From assembly GCA_016932615.1 (NCBI GenBank), contig JAFGCN010000018.1, positions 3,495 through 67,494 of the forward strand: 64,000 nucleotides of DNA. The letters run 5' to 3'. Below are positions 16,781-25,833 of the stretch, piece after piece. This DNA comes from Candidatus Aenigmatarchaeota archaeon (GTDB taxonomy: Archaea; Aenigmatarchaeota; Aenigmatarchaeia; QMZS01). The notes beneath the pieces are model-generated. The model was not told where the DNA came from. It saw nothing but the letters and a program-made list of their open reading frames with translations, and ran no database searches. The first letter of the stretch is position 1; the number at the start of each line of letters is the position of its first letter. A program made the position numbers and the translations under genes.

Positions 16781-18043
16781 ATGAACGAAGTCGAGATATT
16801 CCTGCGGCTCATTCTTGCAATCGGAATCGGCGCCCTGGTGGGAACAGAAAGGGAAAAGTTTGCCAAAAAAAGGGATGAGTATGTCTTTGGGGGGATAAGG
16901 ACATTCATATTAATTTCCCTGCTGGGAGCACTTTCCGGAATTTTCGCGCTTGAAGGAAATTTCGCCGTTTTCGCACTTGCCTTTCTTGCAACTTCTGCCC
17001 TTGTTGCCATAAGCTACCATTATTCAACAAAGCTCAGCGGAGGAAAAAGCATGGGGCTTGCAGGCGAAATTGGCGCTCTTCTTGTCTTCATTCTGGGACA
17101 TTTTGTTTTCACGGACCACCTCATCCTATCAGTAGCGCTATCCATACTGATTGCAACTGTCCTCTACCTTAAGGAAAAGTTGCATAAAACACTGCAGAGT
17201 ATCAGCGAGGAGGAGGTTTACGGAACGCTTGCCTTTGCCATAATCGCCTTTGTGGTTCTTCCATTTCTTCCAAACCAGGCATACGGGCCGCTTGAGGTCC
17301 TAAACCCCTACACAATCTGGCTGATGGTTGTTCTTATCTGCGCAATCGGGTATATCGGCTACCTTCTAACGCGGATTTTCGGCTCAAGAAATGGAATAGG
17401 CCTCACCGGATTTTTGGGTGGGCTTGTCTCAAGCACTGCCGTAACCCTGGCCATGGCTGAAAAGTCAAAGGATGAAAAAAACAAGACGCCGGCAAATATG
17501 CTCGTGCTTGGGGCAGTGGTTGCAAATACGGTTATGTTTATCAGAGTCGCTACCGCGGTGCTAATTGTCAACAGTTCCCTTTTGCCCGCTCTTCTCCCAG
17601 CGCTCCTTGTGATGGGGATTGTTGGCATTATTTTTGCCGGCCTTCTCTGGCAGTCTTCAGGGAAATCCTGCTGCGAAACTGAAGTTGAGCATAAAAGCCC
17701 CTTCCGGCTTGAGCCCGCCCTGACGTTTGGCGCCTTTTTCGCGGTTGTCCTTTTCGGCCTGAAAGCAGCCCAGGTGTATTTTGGAAGCGCAGGGATTTAC
17801 CTTGCAAGCGTCCTTTCGGGTTTCATCGATGTTGATGCAGTCACATTGTCTATGGCGACAATTGCAGGAAATGGCCTCACTGCCGAAATTGCTGCTTCAG
17901 CCATAATCCTTGCTGTAATGAGCAACACGATGATCAAGCTTGGCTACGCCTTTTTCTTTGGCTCAAGGGAATTTTCAAAGAAGCTCGGCCTCATCATGGG
18001 AATCATGATAGCCCTCGGACTTCTGGCGGTTTTCATGCTCTAG
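16781..18043 (+). CDS. MgtC/SapB-like plus DUF4010-type integral membrane protein
   Basis: 420 aa and polytopic. The N-terminus LILAIGIGALVGTEREK is an MgtC-family signature. Confidence 0.6.
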   Translation: MNEVEIFLRLILAIGIGALVGTEREKFAKKRDEYVFGGIRTFILISLLGALSGIFALEGNFAVFALAFLATSALVAISYHYSTKLSGGKSMGLAGEIGALLVFILGHFVFTDHLILSVALSILIATVLYLKEKLHKTLQSISEEEVYGTLAFAIIAFVVLPFLPNQAYGPLEVLNPYTIWLMVVLICAIGYIGYLLTRIFGSRNGIGLTGFLGGLVSSTAVTLAMAEKSKDEKNKTPANMLVLGAVVANTVMFIRVATAVLIVNSSLLPALLPALLVMGIVGIIFAGLLWQSSGKSCCETEVEHKSPFRLEPALTFGAFFAVVLFGLKAAQVYFGSAGIYLASVLSGFIDVDAVTLSMATIAGNGLTAEIAASAIILAVMSNTMIKLGYAFFFGSREFSKKLGLIMGIMIALGLLAVFML

Positions 18044-18080
18044 GCCTTTGTAAGCCCCCCTTTTCAATCATATCCCTGCG

Positions 18081-18947
18081 TCAGATAAAAACCGCCAAGG
18101 CAATGCTTGAAAAAATTGCAAGCGCTGCGCCAAGGTACTGGTGCCCGTTTATTTTTTCCCTATTCAGCCACACTCCCAGAAACAAAGCAACTGCAGGGTA
18201 GCTTTCCGTAATGGCCGTGACAATACCGACGCTTTCACCAAAAACCGCAAAAGAATAAAAAATCCAGGCAGCAGTGTCGATTATGCCCATTCCCAGCAAA
18301 AACCACCTAAACCGGGAGGCGTTCTTAACAAACCGAGGGAACTCTCCCCTCCGGTAAATTAGCGTAAGGCAGAATAGCGTAAGTATCAGCCACGGAGCCC
18401 AGACCGCCATAATAGGGGATATTGCCCGTGAAGTGGCGGAAGTCAGGAAGTTAATAAATCCCATCCCAATTGCGCCAATAACCGCCAAAATCACCCCTTT
18501 TTCCCAGCGGATGGCCCAATGTGAAAAAGACTTAGTCGCTACGAGCAAAATTCCGGCAAATATAAGGCCCACCATGAAAATCTGCATTGGTGCCAATACC
18601 TCATTGAAAAATAGGTACCCAAGCATTATCGTGATGGGAAGCTCAATCTCCATCAAAATGTCTACCGTGGAAAGCTTTGCCACACGTAAAGCTTCACAGT
18701 CAAACATCGCAGCCACAAAGGTCAGGACTCCAAGCACCAAAATTAAAGCAAGGTTAGAGGCAGAAAATATAAGGCCAAAATCCCGGATGACAAGCGGAAA
18801 AAGAGAGACAGTTCCAACGATTCCGATAACTGCAAGGGACTCTAGATTTCCAATTTTTCTTGTTGATTTTTGTACCAGAAAATCGGCAACAGCCCAGCAC
18901 AGCATTGCGGAGAACGCAGCAACCAGCACACCGGTCTCCAGAGCCAT
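18081..18947 (-). CDS. EamA/DMT-superfamily transporter
   Basis: 288 aa with about 10 TM helices in two similar halves, the typical EamA architecture. Confidence 0.6.
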   Translation of the reverse strand: MALETGVLVAAFSAMLCWAVADFLVQKSTRKIGNLESLAVIGIVGTVSLFPLVIRDFGLIFSASNLALILVLGVLTFVAAMFDCEALRVAKLSTVDILMEIELPITIMLGYLFFNEVLAPMQIFMVGLIFAGILLVATKSFSHWAIRWEKGVILAVIGAIGMGFINFLTSATSRAISPIMAVWAPWLILTLFCLTLIYRRGEFPRFVKNASRFRWFLLGMGIIDTAAWIFYSFAVFGESVGIVTAITESYPAVALFLGVWLNREKINGHQYLGAALAIFSSIALAVFI

Positions 18948-19213
18948 ACATAACTATTACAGAGAGATTTAATAAACCTCTGCCCATCTAAACTAAATAT
19001 CTATTTTTTCCGGAGCACAAAAAGAAAATGCCTGCATCGACCCGCACAAAGCGAAGCGAGACATTATTCAAAATAATTGAACATAGAGTCTAAAAAACAA
19101 AAATTATTTGATATTCAAATGAGCATTAGGCAAACCTAAAATATCCGCATGCGTTACGTATTTCATCGGTGATGCAAAGGCGAAACGCTTTTATAATATC
19201 ACCAAGTTTTGTT

Positions 19214-19393
19214 ATGGAAGAAGAAAATAAAAGAATGGATGAGACGTCAGAAACACCTTCAGAAAAAACGGCAGAAGAATCCTCTGAGGGGAATCCTGTA
19301 AGTCAGACAGAAGAGACTTCGGAAACGTCAGAAAGCCAAACGGAAGAGAAAAAAGAGGCTGTCGAAGACAGCCAAGAAACTGCTTCAATTTAA
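19214..19393 (+). CDS. small highly acidic low-complexity protein (hypothetical)
   Basis: MEEENKRMDETSETPSEKTAEESSEG...; E/S/T-rich, so it may not be a real gene. Confidence 0.25.
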   Translation: MEEENKRMDETSETPSEKTAEESSEGNPVSQTEETSETSESQTEEKKEAVEDSQETASI

Positions 19394-19525
19394 GAAAAAC
19401 AATTTCTGAAAATTAACTTTTTTATTTTTTTGTGTTTCATTCCACCCTGTGAAGAAAAACTACACTCTACTAAGAGCCCGGTTTCAGGCAGGAAGTTGAT
19501 TTATAAAATTCCGGAGAATCAATAT

Positions 19526-20443
19526 ATGGAGCAAAAGAGCATTTTGTTCGTCTGCACTGGAAACACTTTCCGAAGCGCGATTGCCGAGCAGTCATTCAGG
19601 AAGTATCTCAACGATAACAACATCCCAGGATGGAAGGTAGGTTCCGCAGGAATAATCGCAAGAAAAGATTCGATGGACCCAAAAACAGTAAGCTCACTTG
19701 AAATGCTTGGCGTCTCCAGCATCAAGCACAGGCAAAAAAAGCTGACCCGGAAGATGCTAAAGCGCCACGACATAATTGTCGCCATGGCTGAAAATCATGC
19801 AGAATTCATAAAGACAAAGCTCGGATTCAGCCGGGTTCTTCTATTTAATGAGCTGGCCACCAACAAAAAGACCTCTGTTCTGGACATTCAGGACGAGGTA
19901 AAGGATTACAGGACAAACCGCAGGGCGGTGGAAAGGAAAATCGAAAAGACGGCCTGCCACATTTTCAGAAACATTCCAAATCTTTTCAAAAACGCCTCCG
20001 AAAGGTACTACCTGTTTTCCGACTTTGTCGATGGGTACAAGACCCACCGAAACGGGTTTCCCTTCATACGACTCCACGAAACAAAAAACACGGTCTCGTT
20101 TATGTCCATAAACATCCCTTCAAAGGAGGACGGGCACATCCTGATTATTCCAAAGAAAAGATACCCCGACCTTTCGGAGATTCCAAAGAACGTCCTAAAT
20201 GAGCTTTCCCTATCAATCCAGCAGATAGGCGCTGCCATAAGCAAAAACCATGGCGGCTACAACCTCCTCCTGAACAATGGCATAGAAGCCGGGCAGTGGA
20301 TATACCACACACACTTCCACATCGTCCCAAGAAAATACAATGATGGGATAAAAATAGAAGTCTGGAAGCACCAGAACATTTCAATTAAAAAATTTATCTA
20401 TTTGAACCGGCGGCTCAGGCGCCAAATTCAGTCTGCCGGATAA
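19526..20443 (+). CDS. fusion protein: low-molecular-weight phosphotyrosine phosphatase/ArsC-like domain plus HIT (histidine triad) domain
   Basis: The internal ATG gives MEQKSILFVCTGNTFRSAIAE (CX5R(S/T) P-loop). The C-terminus has IYHTHFHIVPR (HxHxHxx histidine triad). Confidence 0.75.
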   Translation: MEQKSILFVCTGNTFRSAIAEQSFRKYLNDNNIPGWKVGSAGIIARKDSMDPKTVSSLEMLGVSSIKHRQKKLTRKMLKRHDIIVAMAENHAEFIKTKLGFSRVLLFNELATNKKTSVLDIQDEVKDYRTNRRAVERKIEKTACHIFRNIPNLFKNASERYYLFSDFVDGYKTHRNGFPFIRLHETKNTVSFMSINIPSKEDGHILIIPKKRYPDLSEIPKNVLNELSLSIQQIGAAISKNHGGYNLLLNNGIEAGQWIYHTHFHIVPRKYNDGIKIEVWKHQNISIKKFIYLNRRLRRQIQSAG

Positions 20444-20485
20444 GCCCGGTAAAAACCCTCCTCCCCTATCCTAGCAATACATATT

Positions 20486-21157
20486 ATGCTAAAGGTTATT
20501 GCTTTCGACTGGGATGATGTCATAACGCTTGGCGCCAAGGATGGTTATACCCGGTGCTACCATGAAACCCTGCAGGAACTTGGCGTAATCCTAAAACCCA
20601 AAGAAGAGAAAGCTCGGATTATGGCCAGATGGAGCGAGCCGCACAGGGAAAAATTCGGGAAGCTCCTGAAGGAAAATCCAACCCTACTGGATAAAGCTTG
20701 CAGAATATATGAAGAGAAGCTTCTTGGGGACACTTTTGTCAAAAACCTATCGTTAGTAAGTGGAGTAAACAAACTGCTCGAACGGCTCAGCAAAAAATAC
20801 ATACTTTGTGTTGCTACTGGCCAGCACCCGTACCTGCTGAAAAACAAGGTGATTCCTAAGTTTAGCATCCCAAATGTTTTCAGCCAGATTGTATCTTCCT
20901 ACGAAATCAACGACCCCGACAAGCACAAGCCGCATCCACATATCCTGAACCTGATTATGGAAAAGCAGAAAGTCCTGCCCGAAGAGATGATTTTTGTTGG
21001 GGACGCAAAGGGAGATGTACAGGCCGCCCGTGCAGCCGGCGTCGAGCCAGTTGTCGTCCTGACCGGCCACCTTACAAAAAGCCAGGCAGAAGAGCTTGGC
21101 GTCAGGCATATAATACAAGACGTCACAAAGCTAGAGGCAGTCCTCCCGAAAATCTAA
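20486..21157 (+). CDS. HAD-superfamily hydrolase
   Basis: VIAFDWDDVIT (DxD motif I) and FVGDAKGDVQAARAAG (motif IV). Confidence 0.75.
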   Translation: MLKVIAFDWDDVITLGAKDGYTRCYHETLQELGVILKPKEEKARIMARWSEPHREKFGKLLKENPTLLDKACRIYEEKLLGDTFVKNLSLVSGVNKLLERLSKKYILCVATGQHPYLLKNKVIPKFSIPNVFSQIVSSYEINDPDKHKPHPHILNLIMEKQKVLPEEMIFVGDAKGDVQAARAAGVEPVVVLTGHLTKSQAEELGVRHIIQDVTKLEAVLPKI

Positions 21158-21206
21158 AATGGCCCTTAGTGTATGGCTTTTTCAAGGAATTACCCCCGAC
21201 AGACCT

Positions 21207-22964
21207 CTATGCTGATTTACTCTCAGGCCCAGCCCCATAATATCCCTGCCATAGGCCGCTAAAGAAAGCCGCCGCATTTTCACCCAGAGAAACCGTATTG
21301 TACCCGCCCTCCTGAACAACAAGAGTAGGAATCCGAAGCGAGCCAATCAAAAGCCCAAGCTCCCGGAAATCTTTTGATTCAAACTTCCAGCTTCCGGTAG
21401 GGTCATTTTTCGAAGTGTCAAAACCCAAAGCCACCACCAGATGGTCTGGGGCAAACCGGGAAATCCTCTTCAATGCTTTTTCGAGAAAACCACGGTACTC
21501 TTCAAAAGACAGGTCTTCCTTCAGGGGAAAATTTAAGTTGTGCCCCTTACCCAGCCCTTCCCCTTTTTCCTCTGCAAAACCTGAAAAGTACGGGTAGGCA
21601 AAACTCGGGTGGCCGTGAAGGGAAATTGTCAGGACGTCTTTTCGGCCATAAAATATTACCTGCTGCCCGTTTCCGTGGTGGTAATCTATATCGAGAATTG
21701 CAACCTTTCCCGCCTTGCTAAGGTAATTTGCAGCAATTGCTGCTGAGTTAAGGTAACAAAACCCGCCAAAGGACTTTTTCTCCACATGGTGGCCTGGCGG
21801 CCTTGTCAGGGCATAAGCAAGCCCGCCATTAAGGTTCACCAGCTTCGCTCCAGTAAGGGCAGAATTAACCGCGCTTCTGGCTGCGATAAAAGCGTTGCGG
21901 TTTAGCGGGGTAAAAGTGTCTATGCAGTAATACCCTGCCCTTATGTCCAGGTCCTTTGGCTTTTTCACGCTGTTTCTTATAGGGAAGACATAGGGGTAAA
22001 TTGATTTTTCGGGTGGAGTATCGATGCAAATCTTCTTGAGATACCGGAAGAACTCGGGAGAATGGACTTCGAGAATGTGCCTGTCGGAAAAAACTTCTCT
22101 AGGAAATTTCCTGAAAAGAGGCATCTTTTCAATAGACGCAAGTATGCTCCTAATCCTTACCGGAGACTCGACGTACCCCCTTTCAGGCACGTGATGGAGC
22201 TTATGGTCCTCGTTTACTATCAGGGCAATTTTCTTTCTCTCCGGGACCTGCTGGTGATAGTCCTTGGAAGGCGTGCTGTACTTGTAGCTCCTTAGCCGGA
22301 CTGGATCTTCAGAGAATGAGGAGAGCACCATTTCATTGTACTTCGTGCCGCAGAGGTGCTCGTATTTTCTTTCAAGGATTCCCCTTACAACTTCCCTTGC
22401 GAAGTCCCTTGAAAGAGGCCTTCCGCTGTCCAGGTCATCATATACCAGGTAAGGGGGATTTTCCGGCTTTTTCGGGTTTACTGGAGTCTCATACTTAGTG
22501 CCTGCTATGGGCCTTGCGCCATACCTTTCATAAAACTTCAGGCGGGAAATATTCTGCCTCAGGATTTTAGGGTCAGAGCAAAGCTTAGGGTCATCCGGCA
22601 GGCACTCAAAAAAAAGCCCCTTGCAATTGCGTATTTTCGCCTCTTTTCTTATGACAGAATAAAGCGCGCCGCCGATCCCACGGCCGCCGTACTTCGGGTT
22701 TATTCCCATGAAGTCAAGGTAGCAAAAGCTGATTTTGGGAAAATAGGACAGGATTGCAAAGCCCCGAAGGTTTCCCCTTATTCCCTCCACGACAAAAAGT
22801 ATGGACCTAAAACCGTACTTTTCGGGGTGATTTAGCGCAAGGGCAATCTCTTCGGCCTTCTCCTTCTCCAGAGGGAAAAGGGCAAGCATAAGCGCTCGAA
22901 CATCCCCAATAATTTTCTTGCTCCGTTTTGAAGTGCCGTCATGGATTTTCCTTATCCTTATCAT
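21207..22964 (-). CDS. fusion protein: N-terminal GNAT acetyltransferase plus C-terminal histone-deacetylase-family (HDAC/AcuC/APAH) domain
   Basis: GNAT motif GGRGIGGALYSVIRKEAK. HDAC motifs RPPGHHVEKKSFGGFCYLNSAAIAA, DIDYHHGNGQQ and LVVALGFDT. The start is trimmed to MIRIRK (22964) to remove overlap with 23014-24297. Confidence 0.75.
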   Translation of the reverse strand: MIRIRKIHDGTSKRSKKIIGDVRALMLALFPLEKEKAEEIALALNHPEKYGFRSILFVVEGIRGNLRGFAILSYFPKISFCYLDFMGINPKYGGRGIGGALYSVIRKEAKIRNCKGLFFECLPDDPKLCSDPKILRQNISRLKFYERYGARPIAGTKYETPVNPKKPENPPYLVYDDLDSGRPLSRDFAREVVRGILERKYEHLCGTKYNEMVLSSFSEDPVRLRSYKYSTPSKDYHQQVPERKKIALIVNEDHKLHHVPERGYVESPVRIRSILASIEKMPLFRKFPREVFSDRHILEVHSPEFFRYLKKICIDTPPEKSIYPYVFPIRNSVKKPKDLDIRAGYYCIDTFTPLNRNAFIAARSAVNSALTGAKLVNLNGGLAYALTRPPGHHVEKKSFGGFCYLNSAAIAANYLSKAGKVAILDIDYHHGNGQQVIFYGRKDVLTISLHGHPSFAYPYFSGFAEEKGEGLGKGHNLNFPLKEDLSFEEYRGFLEKALKRISRFAPDHLVVALGFDTSKNDPTGSWKFESKDFRELGLLIGSLRIPTLVVQEGGYNTVSLGENAAAFFSGLWQGYYGAGPESKSA

Positions 22965-23013
22965 AACATAGACTGGAAGAGTTGGATATAATGTTTCGGG
23001 TGTTGCTAAAAAC

Positions 23014-24297
23014 CTAAACAACCTTGACTTTCTCCCCGGCAAGCTCGGACAGGAGGGACTCAAGCTTCATGCGCTCGACAAGATGCTTTCTTGAGGCAAT
23101 TTTTGAAAACTCACGTTTGTCCTCCTCCAAGACGCTCTTTTTCTCCTCCAGGTCTTTTATCTGGGCGTCCAGCCCATCAGTAACGACAGCTTTTCTGAGC
23201 CGCTCAATCTCACCTGAAATCTTCTTCTCGCAGCTTATTGTCTTCTGTAACTCTGCGGCAAGATTCATTACAGATTCGGCAGCCGAGGGCTTAACCTCAG
23301 CGGGCTTTTTCTTTTTCTTCTTTCCTGCGATTGCCTTAGAGGCAGCCGCCCGCTCTGCCTTCTTTAGAATCTGCTCATATGTGGGAAGTTGCGACAGGGA
23401 TTCTCCGGGATTTCTGAAAAACTCATCCAGGGCGGCAAGGTCCGATTTCTTTACGTCCTTATGGCTATGAAGATAAACCCCCACAAGCTTTTCTGTCCCG
23501 GCGACCTGAATATTGAGTTCCTTAAGCTGCGCTTCCTTCTCCCTGGCTATTTCCTCAAGCTCATCCTTGAGCCGCTCGTAATGCATATAATCCTTGGACT
23601 TGTAAACCTTGTCTCTCCGGGAATAGGCCTCATCCAAACTCCCCGAAACCTCATTGAGCGCTGCTTCAACTTTTGAAAGCTTCTTTCTGGCGGTTTCCTC
23701 CTCCTCCCTTGCCGCGATAAGCTCCTTTGCAACGCTTCTTGCCTCCTCAAGCCGGCTTACCCAGGAATAGTCCTTTCGAAGGACCTCCTCATAAAACTTG
23801 ATGTCTGTATAAAGGTCCTTAAGGTCATTCGTGATGTCCCGCATCTCGTCCTTGAAGGTTATGAGGATTATCTGGGCCTGCCTGGAGAAGCTGTTAAGCT
23901 TTTCAAAAGCATGGACAACCATGTCCCGGACTTTCTCCGGGTCATCCTGAACCTTTATATGCACAAGCGTGTCCTCAAGAAGCTTCTTTGAGGAAGTGCA
24001 GTAGTGCGCGCGGCTTGACCTCACTACCTCCGTAATGTCCCGGTTCGTTTCAAGCACAATTTTTTCTACATCTGCATCTTCGAGCTTTCCAAAGTCATCG
24101 ATAAGAAGGTTAAGCCGGTGCGCAAACCTTGACTTGTGGTGGTCAAGCTTGTCCCTAAATCCCGCGATATCGCCTTCGGTTCGCTCAAGTACAAATTTAT
24201 CGACCTCCTCAAGCCGGACCCTGCGCCCGCTGCCTGAGGGAATTGGCGCCTGCTCTTCTGGCTTATTCCTGGAAAAAAGCTTTTTCAGAAAGTCCAT
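23014..24297 (-). CDS. coiled-coil protein of unknown function
   Basis: 427 aa. Long heptad-like E/K/L-rich stretches and a poly-K tract (AGKKKKKKPAEVKP). Confidence 0.5.
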   Translation of the reverse strand: MDFLKKLFSRNKPEEQAPIPSGSGRRVRLEEVDKFVLERTEGDIAGFRDKLDHHKSRFAHRLNLLIDDFGKLEDADVEKIVLETNRDITEVVRSSRAHYCTSSKKLLEDTLVHIKVQDDPEKVRDMVVHAFEKLNSFSRQAQIILITFKDEMRDITNDLKDLYTDIKFYEEVLRKDYSWVSRLEEARSVAKELIAAREEEETARKKLSKVEAALNEVSGSLDEAYSRRDKVYKSKDYMHYERLKDELEEIAREKEAQLKELNIQVAGTEKLVGVYLHSHKDVKKSDLAALDEFFRNPGESLSQLPTYEQILKKAERAAASKAIAGKKKKKKPAEVKPSAAESVMNLAAELQKTISCEKKISGEIERLRKAVVTDGLDAQIKDLEEKKSVLEEDKREFSKIASRKHLVERMKLESLLSELAGEKVKVV

Positions 24298-24420
24298 AAT
24301 TATAGTGCCAGATATGGCTTATATAGTTTGGAAAATCGCTTTTGAAAAAGCCCCTGAAGTGAAAAAATACCGTCAGAAGCAATTATGTGGTCTTTTTAAG
24401 TTATTTTGCAAGAAGGTTTT

Positions 24421-24720
24421 ATGGCACGATTAGGTCACGGCAAGATCAGCAAGGCAAGGAAAAAGCTGATCAGGCCAAAGGAGAAGAAGGGGATAACAAA
24501 ATACCTTAAAGAGCTTGAAGTAGGCCAAAAAGCGGTCGTAAAGCTGGATTCCTCTTCCCAGAATTACCCTCACCCAAGGCACCAGGGGCTTATCGGCGAA
24601 ATAGTCGAAAAAAGGGGAAGGGGCTATGTTTTGAAGGTAAGGGTTGGAAACAGCTACAAGAAGATAATCACCTCCCCCGAGCACTTAAAGGAAATTCAGG
24701 CGCAACAGGCCAAAAAATAG
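24421..24720 (+). CDS. rpl21e: 50S ribosomal protein L21e
   Basis: MARLGHGKISKARKKL... and PHPRHQGLIGEIVEKRGRGYVLKV are typical eL21. It is followed by rpoF and DUF655, as in most archaea. Confidence 0.8.
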   Translation: MARLGHGKISKARKKLIRPKEKKGITKYLKELEVGQKAVVKLDSSSQNYPHPRHQGLIGEIVEKRGRGYVLKVRVGNSYKKIITSPEHLKEIQAQQAKK

Positions 24721-24822
24721 ACGGGACTCTCTAAATCCATTTATAGGCAGACCTTCCTAGAACTGGGCTAAAATCCCACAAACGGCGGTAATTGGTTAAT
24801 TTAAACTTATCTAAGGTAAATT

Positions 24823-25143
24823 ATGATAATAAAGAATAAGGTTCCAATATCCAACGCGGAAGGGCTTAAGATTCTCTCCGACAAGATGAAAAAAAGAGAG
24901 TTGGCCGCCGAGCAGCAGCAGGCATACGATTTCCTCAAAGACACGGTAAAACTAAAGGAAAGCCAGGCAGCTAAGCTCAAGGGAGAATTGGCCGATTTCG
25001 GGCTTGCAGAGGAGGAAGTCCTGAATATCCTAAACATTCTTCCCTCAGACGAGACCCTCCTCAAGCTGATTCTAAAGGAGGAAAAAGACCAGAAAAAGGA
25101 AACCTTAAAGAAGATTTTGGACATTGTATCCAAGTACGCATAA
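24823..25143 (+). CDS. rpoF: DNA-directed RNA polymerase subunit F (Rpo4/Rpb4-like)
   Basis: 106 aa, helical. The call rests on position in the conserved rpl21e-rpoF-DUF655 order and on an Rpb4-like C-terminus (EEEVLNILNILPSDETLLKLIL). Confidence 0.65.
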   Translation: MIIKNKVPISNAEGLKILSDKMKKRELAAEQQQAYDFLKDTVKLKESQAAKLKGELADFGLAEEEVLNILNILPSDETLLKLILKEEKDQKKETLKKILDIVSKYA

Positions 25144-25216
25144 GCACTATGGCAGGATTTTTGGCAGTTTTGTACAGAGTAATTCTGAAATATATACTTA
25201 ATAGCCCGGGTAATAT

Positions 25217-25753
25217 ATGAATATGAGAGAGAGAAAAGTAATTGTTTTGGATTATCTTCCTAATGGATATCCCGGGATGAGAAAGATTGAGCCGATAGTG
25301 CAAAGCATCGGCTTCAGCCATTTTACGCTTCTTGAGCTTAGCACCGGAAATGACATAAAGCCGGGAGACACGCTTTCCCTGGAAGACCCGGAAAAGGTAA
25401 CTGGAATCAGGAGAAAGCTTACTGAAAAAGAGCTTACAAACTATGCAAAGGGGCAGTTGGAAAAGGTAATCGCCGGGATTGTCAAGGAAAGAGAACCCGA
25501 ATTCGTGACATTCTTCAACAAAGCCACTCGCTTATCTATACGGACACACCAGCTTGAGCTTCTTCCGGGCATCGGAAAAAAGCACATTCAGATAATACTT
25601 CGGGAAAGGAAAACCCCATTCAATTCATTTGAAGACATAAAAAAGAGGACCGGGATGACTGTGGAGATTGAAAAGCTAATAGCCAAGAGAATTGCAGATG
25701 AGCTTGCAGGAGACGAAAAAACATTCCTGTTTATACCCAAAAGGATGCCTTAA
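25217..25753 (+). CDS. DUF655-family putative RNA-binding protein
   Basis: VIVLDYLPNGYPG at the N-terminus, a helix-hairpin-helix-like LLPGIGKK, and conserved synteny. Confidence 0.6.
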   Translation: MNMRERKVIVLDYLPNGYPGMRKIEPIVQSIGFSHFTLLELSTGNDIKPGDTLSLEDPEKVTGIRRKLTEKELTNYAKGQLEKVIAGIVKEREPEFVTFFNKATRLSIRTHQLELLPGIGKKHIQIILRERKTPFNSFEDIKKRTGMTVEIEKLIAKRIADELAGDEKTFLFIPKRMP

Positions 25754-25833
25754 GCAAGCGGCTTGAAACTATCCAAAGGCAGGATTTTTAATTTGGCTGA
25801 ACCTTCTGAAAATTAAATCTTATTCTTGCCTGA

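Noticed and set aside
22965-23063. The N-terminal 33 codons of track ORF 21207-23063 (MSPSCPSLPGRKSRLF...).
   Set aside because: This extension overlaps the 3' end of the upstream coiled-coil gene by 50 nt and has odd composition. MIRIRK at 22964 gives a clean intergenic spacer.
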